The translations under genes and the position numbers were made by a program. A stretch of DNA of 64,000 bases, taken from positions 2,138,201-2,202,200 of the forward strand of contig OY763926.1 of assembly GCA_963667715.1 (NCBI GenBank), written 5' to 3'. This document shows, in pieces, positions 56,851 through 64,000 of the stretch. Every line of letters begins with the position of its first letter. Within the stretch, counting starts at the first letter, position 1. Origin of the DNA: Sedimentisphaerales bacterium (GTDB taxonomy: Bacteria; Planctomycetota; Phycisphaerae; Sedimentisphaerales; SM23-30). Below the pieces are notes generated by a model. The model made no database searches. It saw nothing but the letters and a program-made list of their open reading frames with translations, and was not told the origin of the DNA.

Positions 56851-56859
56851 TTCCTATTC

Positions 56860-57624
56860 CTACTTGCTCATCATTTTTCGATACTGAGCCGGCGATATTC
56901 CAATTGTCTTCTTAAACTGCCTCGAAAATGCGCTCTGATCAGCATATCCACACTCCTGTGCGATCGCTGCGATTGGCAGTCTGCTTTCCTGAAGTTTCCA
57001 GACTGCAACCTCAATTCTGGTTTTCTGTATAAACTGGCCTGCGGTAAGCTTGAATATCTTCTGCATTCTCTGTTCAAACTGATACGTTGACATCCCTGCC
57101 ATTGACGCAAGGTCGTCGATCAGTAGCGGTTGGCTGTAATTCTTTTTTATATATGTCACTACATCTGCTATGCCCGTATAGTCTTTGTTCTTATCGTTAT
57201 GCTGTTGAAGGTCGCGTGAGATACCTGCTATCCCGATTATGCTATCGCTAGAACTTTTCAACGGTACTTTTGTAGTCAAACACCAGCAAAGATTCAGATT
57301 CGGTGATATATGCAGCTCTAATTGATTATGGATCGGCTTGCCTTCTTTGAGTATTTGTTCATCCTGAGATCGATATTGCACTCCCAGCGGTTCAGGGTGC
57401 ACTTCATCTGGCAGTTTACCGATTATTTCAGATTTACTTTTATACCCGCAGCGATTTACTAGCGTCTGATTAATGACAATATATTTACCTTCTGCATTTT
57501 TGATAAAATAAACGGTATCGGTAAGCTGGTCAAAAAGCTCTTCGCTGGTATAGTTTTCACTTAACTGCTTAAAGAAATCCGACTTTAATAGCGTAATATC
57601 ATTCATTATATCGTGTCCCGGCAT
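56860..57624 (-). CDS. AraC-family transcriptional regulator with an N-terminal PAS-like sensor domain
   Basis: 254 aa. The C-terminal double HTH is LASMAGMSTYQFEQRMQKIFKLTAGQFIQKTRIEVAVWKL...IAQECGYADQSAFSRQFKKTIGISPAQYR. The N-terminal half is PAS-like (TDTVYFIKNAEGKYIVINQTLVNRCGY). Confidence 0.85.
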   Translation of the reverse strand: MPGHDIMNDITLLKSDFFKQLSENYTSEELFDQLTDTVYFIKNAEGKYIVINQTLVNRCGYKSKSEIIGKLPDEVHPEPLGVQYRSQDEQILKEGKPIHNQLELHISPNLNLCWCLTTKVPLKSSSDSIIGIAGISRDLQQHNDKNKDYTGIADVVTYIKKNYSQPLLIDDLASMAGMSTYQFEQRMQKIFKLTAGQFIQKTRIEVAVWKLQESRLPIAAIAQECGYADQSAFSRQFKKTIGISPAQYRKMMSK

Positions 57625-57807
57625 ATGTCTGTAGTTTGTTATCGTTCGTTAAAATGCTGTAAGTCGCTGTAAATCAATATGTAATAAAAATAGCAATAAT
57701 AACTGTTTTCTCTAGAATATTTCTTACCATTACTTTCTATAATAATTTGCTCTCACCTGGGCTGATAAGCCACTATCGAAGATGAGATTCATAGTCGATT
57801 TAATCGT

Positions 57808-57854
57808 AATATTCATTATTCTCATGATTTACAGGTATGAGAATAATGAATATT
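57808..57854. promoter_or_regulatory. Perfect 18-bp inverted repeat in the araC-like/proC divergent intergenic region (candidate operator)
   Basis: aatattcattattctcat (57808-57825) and atgagaataatgaatatt (57837-57854) are exact reverse complements separated by 11 nt. Confidence 0.4.
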
Positions 57855-57969
57855 ATACGCACTGGCAAGCATTTTGTTAGACTTATTTACTTATATTTGA
57901 TAACCTTATAGCTTATTTCCGCGCATTGTGGGATAAGCTGCTTATCTACTTTGCCCGGAATGGTTAATA

Positions 57970-58788
57970 TTGATGAATAAACAGGATAAAATGATGAAAA
58001 TTGGCTTTATTGGCTGCGGAAAAATGGCAAATGTGCTCATCGGCTCTTTTATTGACGCTGAAATGGCAGCCCCGGAACATATTATTTGTTCTGATATAAA
58101 TATTGAATTGTTAAATAATGCACGTGAAATCTTTGGGGTTTCTGTTACTTCTGATAATTCTAAGGTTTTCGCTGAGGCTGATATTATATTTCTTGCTACT
58201 AAACCTCAGGGGTTTGCTGACGCAGTAAGTGGTCAAAGTGAAAATCTTCGTAATGGTCATCTACTTGTCTCGATTATGGCTGGTATTACTATTGCTAAGA
58301 TCAAGGCCACTCTTAATGCTCCTGTTATCAGGGTTATGCCAAATGTTGCCTGCCTAATTGGACAGATGGCCGCTGGTTTCACCGTTGGCGACGATGTGCC
58401 GGCTGATCAGGCGGAATATGTAGCAAAACTACTCAACTGTGCTGGACATGCTATCCAGGTTGAAGAATCTCAGCTTGACGCTGTTACGGGCCTTAGTGGC
58501 TCTGGTCCAGCTTTTGTCGCTTATCTTATTCAGGCTTTTATCGATGCTGGGGTTAAGGATGGACTTGACCCGGATGTAGCTCGATCTCTCGCGATTCAGA
58601 CTTTTGTCGGTACTGCTCATATGCTCCGCGAAAAGGATATTCAGCCTGATAAGCTCATAGAAATGGTATCCTCGCCCAATGGTACGACTGTTGCCGGTAG
58701 GGCCATTCTCGAAAGCAGCGATGTCGCCGATGTTATTTCTAAAACCGTTTCCAGAGCTGCTCAGCGTAGTTCTGAGCTTTCGAATTAG
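57970..58788 (+). CDS. proC: Pyrroline-5-carboxylate reductase
   Basis: The NAD(P)-binding N-terminus is MKIGFIGCGKMA. The true start may be ATG 57973 or 57991/57994. Further matches are RVMPNVACLIGQ and SSPNGTTVAG. Confidence 0.9.
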   Translation: MMNKQDKMMKIGFIGCGKMANVLIGSFIDAEMAAPEHIICSDINIELLNNAREIFGVSVTSDNSKVFAEADIIFLATKPQGFADAVSGQSENLRNGHLLVSIMAGITIAKIKATLNAPVIRVMPNVACLIGQMAAGFTVGDDVPADQAEYVAKLLNCAGHAIQVEESQLDAVTGLSGSGPAFVAYLIQAFIDAGVKDGLDPDVARSLAIQTFVGTAHMLREKDIQPDKLIEMVSSPNGTTVAGRAILESSDVADVISKTVSRAAQRSSELSN

Positions 58789-58861
58789 TTTTCGCCTTAT
58801 AATGCTTGTTGCCCACAGGTATCACAAGCGTACTCGTTAAGGAGCATAGCTTTAGCTTTTT

Positions 58862-59890
58862 ATGGATTTTGCACCAATTAAATTAAAACACGCTTTTAAG
58901 CCACGATTATGGGGCGGTAATATACTAAAATCTCACTTCTCCTTACCAGAAGATGCCAATGGTATCGGTGAATGCTGGGCTCTTGCCGATTTGCCAGATG
59001 AAGAATCTGTTATCGACGGCGGGCGTTTTGACGGCAGGAACTTGCATTGGTTCCTCGAAGTCCATGGCGAATCTTTCGGCTTTAACCAACAGCAGTGTCA
59101 GAACACCTTCGGTTTGTTGAATAAGTATCTGGGGGCAGGTGATATTCTCAGCTTACAGGTCCACCCGGACGCTCCTGTTTGCCGTAAGTACAATCTATCC
59201 GGCCCTAAAGTAAAATGTTGGTATGTAATTGATGCTGCTGACGATGCTTATATCTATAATGGGCTTATTGATGGTGTTGTTAAGGACGATATGAAAGCAG
59301 CTTTGGCCGATGGTTCTGTTGAAAGCCTGCTGCTCAAAAGAAAAGTCAAAAAGGGAGATTTCTTCTTTGTGCCAGCTGGCACCTTACATGCCTTAGGGGC
59401 TGGTATCCTGGTTGCTGAGGTTGGCACACCTTCACGTGCCGCTTTCAGGCTTTATGATTGGGCTCGTAAAGACGACAGCGGAAATGGCCGTCAGCTCAAT
59501 ATTGATGAGGCTCTCGAATCTACCTATTTCGAAGACTCTATTATCGACGAGGATTCACAGCCGGCATTTATCCACGGTACTTTACAGACCTTCACCGAGT
59601 CGCTTGGTGAAACCAGGGTACTGGTCGAAAATCCTTATTTCAGCGTTGCTGAACTTACCTCTTCCGCAGGTACTAAAAAGTTCAAAACTCCGGTTCCTTT
59701 CGCTATTTTGCCTGTTAGCGGCTCGGCTACTATTTATAATGAAATGTGCACGGAAGAAACAGTTGAAATAAAAATGGGATCTGGTATTATTTTCCCCGCT
59801 AGTCAGCATGGTGTCATTGAGTTTAACGATGATTGCTGTCTGCTGATTTGCACTTTGGGGCCGATTGATATAAATGACAATGTGAGCTAG
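58862..59890 (+). CDS. manA: Class I mannose-6-phosphate isomerase
   Basis: 342 aa. KPRLWGG, ECWAL, LSLQVHPD and FFVPAGTLHALGAGILVAEV are the conserved zinc-site and active-site segments of type I PMI. Confidence 0.85.
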   Translation: MDFAPIKLKHAFKPRLWGGNILKSHFSLPEDANGIGECWALADLPDEESVIDGGRFDGRNLHWFLEVHGESFGFNQQQCQNTFGLLNKYLGAGDILSLQVHPDAPVCRKYNLSGPKVKCWYVIDAADDAYIYNGLIDGVVKDDMKAALADGSVESLLLKRKVKKGDFFFVPAGTLHALGAGILVAEVGTPSRAAFRLYDWARKDDSGNGRQLNIDEALESTYFEDSIIDEDSQPAFIHGTLQTFTESLGETRVLVENPYFSVAELTSSAGTKKFKTPVPFAILPVSGSATIYNEMCTEETVEIKMGSGIIFPASQHGVIEFNDDCCLLICTLGPIDINDNVS

Positions 59891-59971
59891 TTTGCATTGT
59901 ATAATTATGGGATATAATTAAATTATACCCTTATATTTAACCGTAGTGATTACAGGTTAGGAAAGAACAAT

Positions 59972-61030
59972 ATGGAAAGAATTCAGAAAGTAATGGCTGA
60001 GGCCGGTGTTGCCTCTAGAAGAACATGTGAAGAAATGATTGCTGAAGGGCGGGTAACCGTTAACGGTAAGCTCGTTACCGAACTGCCTTTTATGGTCGAT
60101 AAGTTCAAAGATAGAATTATCGTTGATGAACGAAAGCTTCGTTTTGAGAAAAAAGTCTATTATCTCCTCAATAAGCCTAAAAAGGTTATCTGTACCAATC
60201 ATGACCCTGATAACAGAAGACGTACGATCGATCTTATGAAAGATGTGCGTGAACGTGTTTACCCTGTTGGACGGCTTGACGCTGACTCTCAGGGGCTCGT
60301 TATCATGACTAATGACGGTGAGCTGGCAAATGAGCTTACCCACCCTCGTTACGGCGTACCAAAAACTTATATCGCCGAGATCGCTACCAATATCAGCCAT
60401 GATGATGTAGAAAGACTTAAACGTGGTTTCTTTATCTCTCGTGGCGGCAGGGCGTCTATGGATAGTGTCAAGGTGTTAAAGCGTGACAGAAGACACTCTC
60501 TGCTTGAAATTACGCTCAGAGAAGGGCGTAATCGTCAGATCAGACGTATGCTTCTCAGACTTGGCCATGAAGTCACCAGGCTAACTCGTGTAACTTTTGG
60601 CCCACTTAACCTTAGAGGCTGCGGAGTTGGTAAACATCGCCAGTTAAAGCCTTTTGAGATCGAAGAACTAAAAAAGTCAGTTGAAAAATACAAGGCTAAA
60701 GCAAAGGCTGACTCGAAAAAGAAGGTTAAATTGCCACCGTTAAAGCCAAAAACCGAGCCAGTTAAAACTGAAGAAAAGAAAAAGGTTACTAAGACAGCTA
60801 AGGTTGTAAAGCCAGAACCGGTTAAGACTACTCGTAAGTCAATGTACGGCTCAAAAACGACAACTACTACTGAGCCTGCTCGTCCAGCTGCCAGAAAAAC
60901 CGGAAAGACTACTCGCTCTGCATCAGCTAAGCCGGCTGTTAAGCGTGTAGCTAAAAAGACCATCATGGGTAAACCAGACCCGGCAAAAAACAGCAGACGT
61001 AAGCCAACAGGCAAACGCGGCCGCAACTAA
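59972..61030 (+). CDS. rluB: 23S rRNA pseudouridine synthase (RluB/RsuA family) with a Lys-rich C-terminal tail
   Basis: The S4 domain is RIQKVMAEAGVASRRTCEEMIAEGRVTVNG. The catalytic motif is VGRLDADSQGLVIMTNDG. A lysine- and proline-rich tail of about 110 aa follows. Confidence 0.9.
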   Translation: MERIQKVMAEAGVASRRTCEEMIAEGRVTVNGKLVTELPFMVDKFKDRIIVDERKLRFEKKVYYLLNKPKKVICTNHDPDNRRRTIDLMKDVRERVYPVGRLDADSQGLVIMTNDGELANELTHPRYGVPKTYIAEIATNISHDDVERLKRGFFISRGGRASMDSVKVLKRDRRHSLLEITLREGRNRQIRRMLLRLGHEVTRLTRVTFGPLNLRGCGVGKHRQLKPFEIEELKKSVEKYKAKAKADSKKKVKLPPLKPKTEPVKTEEKKKVTKTAKVVKPEPVKTTRKSMYGSKTTTTTEPARPAARKTGKTTRSASAKPAVKRVAKKTIMGKPDPAKNSRRKPTGKRGRN

Positions 61031-61050
61031 TGCTAGTATCCAACATAAAA

Positions 61051-61090
61051 AAGGCTGTGCAAAATCAAAATGCACAGCCTTCTCTTTTTT
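61051..61090. terminator. Bidirectional hairpin terminator between convergent rluB and the GH43 gene
   Basis: aaggctgtgca (61051-61061) pairs with tgcacagcctt (61071-61081). An A-run lies upstream and a T-run downstream. Confidence 0.7.
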
Positions 61091-61113
61091 ATATCGATCT
61101 GTAGTGTCTTATC

Positions 61114-62070
61114 TTACCCGCCAATACCTTCCGATGTCATAATAACCCTTTTCATCGTACCGTCCGGATTATAATATAAATAGTCTATACATACCGATCT
61201 GCGAAAACTACAGCCGGCAGTTGGTATAGAGCCATTATGGTATATGAAATAATCCTTACCCTTAAATTCGATTATCGACTGATGGTTAGTATTGCTATTG
61301 CCTGCCACCTCATTCAGTATACCTTTATATTCCCACGGCCCGGTTATACTCTTACTCATTGCATACGCCGTCTTTTCCGGAAATTCATACGCATATGACA
61401 AATAATACCAGTCTCCTTTTTTGCTTATCCAGGGAGCTTCAGTGTAGTTCGGCAGACTGTCGATCGTGTGGATCTCTCCGTCCATCTCTATCATATTATC
61501 TTTTAGCTTCACCCACCGGCATTTCGTATTTCCCCAGAACAGGTATGCCTGCCCGTCATCGTCGATCCATACTGTCGGGTCAATGTCATCCCACGATATT
61601 TTCGTATCGGTTGTCATATCATTAGTAATTAGTGCTGTCCCGCGTGCATCCTTAAATGGACCCAGTGGACTATCAGCTACCGCTACTCCAATTGCCTTAC
61701 CGTGAATTGTCTTATGTGACGCTGTTACATACCAGTAAAATTTGCCGTCTTTCTCTATCACCTGTGCCGCCCACGCATCATCAGCCGCCCAGGGCAGGTC
61801 CGCCGGCTTCAATGGTACAGGGTGCTCCTGCCAATTGATCATATCTTTAGAAGAATATACCAGCCATTCATGCATCTCATATCTATTTCGTGAAGAAGGG
61901 CACTGGTCGTGCCCAGCGTACAGATACACCGTGTTATCGTACACCAGCGCCGCCGGATCTGCTGTATATTTATCCGTTATTATTGGATTCGCCGCCATCG
62001 ATACCGATGCACATATCGCAGAAAATGCGATTATTATAACTACTATCTTTAGCAATCTGGTTATTTTCAT
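61114..62070 (-). CDS. Glycoside hydrolase family 43 (beta-xylosidase / alpha-L-arabinofuranosidase-like), secreted
   Basis: The ORF extends to 62115. ATG 62070 gives MKITRLLKIVVIIIAFSAICASVSMA, which looks like a signal peptide. ADPAALVYDNTVYLYAGHD and DAWAAQVIEKDGKFYWY are typical of the GH43 five-bladed propeller. Confidence 0.85.
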   Translation of the reverse strand: MKITRLLKIVVIIIAFSAICASVSMAANPIITDKYTADPAALVYDNTVYLYAGHDQCPSSRNRYEMHEWLVYSSKDMINWQEHPVPLKPADLPWAADDAWAAQVIEKDGKFYWYVTASHKTIHGKAIGVAVADSPLGPFKDARGTALITNDMTTDTKISWDDIDPTVWIDDDGQAYLFWGNTKCRWVKLKDNMIEMDGEIHTIDSLPNYTEAPWISKKGDWYYLSYAYEFPEKTAYAMSKSITGPWEYKGILNEVAGNSNTNHQSIIEFKGKDYFIYHNGSIPTAGCSFRRSVCIDYLYYNPDGTMKRVIMTSEGIGG

Positions 62071-62325
62071 TCTATATACCCTCTGTAAAATGTTAAATAT
62101 CACTATCGATTTCAAACTGACAAATTGAATTGAACGATCTCATTAAGAGTATTGTAGTGTGTTATAATGCACTATTGCAAGCATATTCTGGCTCTATTTG
62201 CTCTATGTAGCACGTTTCTGGTGATAAACATGCAAACCCTGCGTACTGTGGTTTATTGCTGTATTGAAGTGGTGAATACTGTACTATAATAGGATTACTT
62301 TTGGCAAAACTATAACGCAATATGG

Positions 62326-64000
62326 TTAATTAAGAGTGCACCCCGTATGTGTCGGTTGATTATATCCGCTATTCTGCCAGGCAATAGCTAACCGGTATAC
62401 TGCATCATGCATCAGGGTAGTATGCCTGAATTCTGCTGGAATTGTAGTTGTATACACCCGCAGACTCTTCCAGTCTTTACTCGGCCATATGATCTCTTCT
62501 CGCCAGTCGCCCAGTATGTCCCCGCAAAGAGATGGATTAGCTTTTGTACCATTAATAGACGTACAGCCATCAGCAATAAATACTGTCTCGGCATTACCTC
62601 GCTTCTCCGGCGAATATTTACCTATCCACGTCCCATCCAACAGTTCTCTGGTCACGTCACCATCCCACCATACCAGAAAATTACAGCTGCTTGGCCGTTT
62701 GCCGATTATTTCCCCTTTGCAGCTGTACAGGTTACCATCTGCCAGTGACCAACATTCCGAACCCTTGTACTCACTCGTAATATCACCTGCAACACCCCGG
62801 CCTATATCACGATGCCGATTCACTGGTAGTGACCATATCACCTCACCTGTCCTGGCATCTCGAAAATCAACTCCCGGTATTTTACCCGCCACTGTTTCCT
62901 CGTGAGGCATGAAAAATTCCAGCCCCGGCCTATCTGGGGCAAGATCCCCCAGGTGACCGGCATCGCCATGACCAAAACCGGTCGAATATAACCCACTCCC
63001 GTCATTATCTATTGCACATGAGCCATAGGTTATCTCATCATAACCATCCCCGTCAACATCGCCGACATACATCGAATGATTACCCTGACCGATATACTCA
63101 TCTAACCCGCCCGCCAGCGTGTCAAAGCACCACATTGGCACAAGTTTACCATCTATATAGTCCCATGTTGCTATCGCCGTTCTACCCGCTGAGGTCTTGC
63201 CGTGATAATAACCTCTTGCCATTATTAATGACGGCCTATCGCCTTTCAGCCAGCCTGCTGCCGCCAGAAATCTGTCAACCCGGTTACCATATGTATCCCC
63301 CCATATTTTCGGATTACCACGTGCCGGAACATAATTAACTGTATCCATCGCCTTACCGTCTGTGCCTCTGAATACCGTTAGATACTCAGCTCCCGCCAAT
63401 ATATATCCGTTAGCATTACGATAGTCTTTATCATTACCGATCTTATCCCCACGCCCATCAACCGTACCGTCTGCGGTTTTACAAGCAACTTCTGCCTTTC
63501 CGTCACCATCCAGATCAAACACAACAAATGGTGTATAGTGTGCACCAGACCGAATATTAACTCCAAGATTCACCCGCCATAGACTTCGCCCATCCAGCTC
63601 CAAACCTTCGAGAATAGCCGGACTGGTCATTCCTTTATGGCTGTTATCGTGGCTTATCCCTTCCCATTTTACGACCAGTTCATATTCACCATCGCCATCC
63701 AGATCGCCTACTGATATATCATTTGGCCGGTATGGAAATACCCTGTTGCCAAATTTTACCCCATCTGGTGCTGATAGTGGTATTTCCAGATACTCCTCAC
63801 TCCACGGCACAATATTTTCCTGGCTCGCCATTACCGCTGCACTATCACTTACAGCTTTTATACTGTAAACCGAATCCGACTTACCTTCATGGTCAATAAG
63901 ATCGGTAGTATCAACAATAGGATTATCTGTTATCTTTACCCCGTCTCTGTACACCTCAAAGCCGACACTATCCGCATCGCTTTCAAGCAGTCGCCAGCTA
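62326..64000 (-). CDS. Rhamnogalacturonan lyase, PL11 family (YesW/YesX-like), with the N-terminus outside the window
   Basis: Repeated Ca-binding FG-GAP-like loops: VGDLDGDGEYELVVKW, FDLDGDGKAEVACKT, VGDVDGDGYDEITYG. The C-terminus reads YRLAIAWQNSGYNQPTHTG. The frame stays open upstream of Met 63954 to the window edge (…WRLLESDADSVGFEVYRDG). Confidence 0.85.
   Translation of the reverse strand, partial: SWRLLESDADSVGFEVYRDGVKITDNPIVDTTDLIDHEGKSDSVYSIKAVSDSAAVMASQENIVPWSEEYLEIPLSAPDGVKFGNRVFPYRPNDISVGDLDGDGEYELVVKWEGISHDNSHKGMTSPAILEGLELDGRSLWRVNLGVNIRSGAHYTPFVVFDLDGDGKAEVACKTADGTVDGRGDKIGNDKDYRNANGYILAGAEYLTVFRGTDGKAMDTVNYVPARGNPKIWGDTYGNRVDRFLAAAGWLKGDRPSLIMARGYYHGKTSAGRTAIATWDYIDGKLVPMWCFDTLAGGLDEYIGQGNHSMYVGDVDGDGYDEITYGSCAIDNDGSGLYSTGFGHGDAGHLGDLAPDRPGLEFFMPHEETVAGKIPGVDFRDARTGEVIWSLPVNRHRDIGRGVAGDITSEYKGSECWSLADGNLYSCKGEIIGKRPSSCNFLVWWDGDVTRELLDGTWIGKYSPEKRGNAETVFIADGCTSINGTKANPSLCGDILGDWREEIIWPSKDWKSLRVYTTTIPAEFRHTTLMHDAVYRLAIAWQNSGYNQPTHTGCTLN

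Noticed and set aside
1-64000. I looked for CRISPR arrays, rRNA genes and additional tRNAs.
   Set aside because: I saw no regularly spaced 25-40 bp direct repeats and no rRNA-like conserved blocks. The only T-arm-like GGTTCGAATCC/GGTTCAAATCC sequences are the tRNA-Pro and its orphan half. This was an eye scan, so tRNAscan-SE, Infernal and a CRISPR finder should confirm it.

Overview
AT-leaning bacterial chromosomal window. The gene content looks like a polysaccharide-degrading PVC-type organism (Planctomycetota, Lentisphaerota or Kiritimatiellota-like), but that placement is inference from domain repertoire only. Layout: (1) 1-15346 holds the tail of one gene plus three complete tandem genes for giant (about 1600-1700 aa) secreted proteins with GLUG repeats, LamG domains, PASTA-like linkers and dockerin-like tails. 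(2) uvrB and proA follow. (3) Next come an ECF sigma factor and a FecR-type anti-sigma, then a LamG/dockerin-tailed protein and an S8 protease. (4) A minus-strand operon encodes an M50-protease::HlyD fusion, a pentapeptide-repeat protein and an MBL hydrolase. It is preceded by a promoter-to-terminator unit of about 185 nt that may be a structured RNA. (5) A few accessory genes follow: a membrane protein, a GNAT, an alpha/beta hydrolase and a four-helix-bundle protein. (6) A 16.7 kb integrative island is bounded by a 50-bp direct repeat of the 3' part of tRNA-Pro(GGG) (34471-34520 and 51157-51206). It carries a tyrosine integrase, a serine recombinase and a tightly packed three-gene operon: PLD-SNF2 helicase, Eco57I/PglX-like N6-adenine methyltransferase, and GHKL-ATPase::PD-(D/E)xK nuclease. 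This operon is the most interesting locus and is a candidate Hma/DISARM-like defence system. The island also has a non-coding ori-like region of about 950 bp, a primase-polymerase-like gene, and an IS256-family element with perfect 27-bp IRs and an 8-bp TSD. (7) The right end carries an FHA protein, a sigma-70 family factor, an IMPase, an AraC/PAS regulator, proC, manA, rluB, a GH43 enzyme and a PL11 rhamnogalacturonan lyase that runs off the window. I found no rRNA gene and no CRISPR array. All calls rest on motifs read by eye in the supplied ORF translations and the raw sequence. No searches were run.
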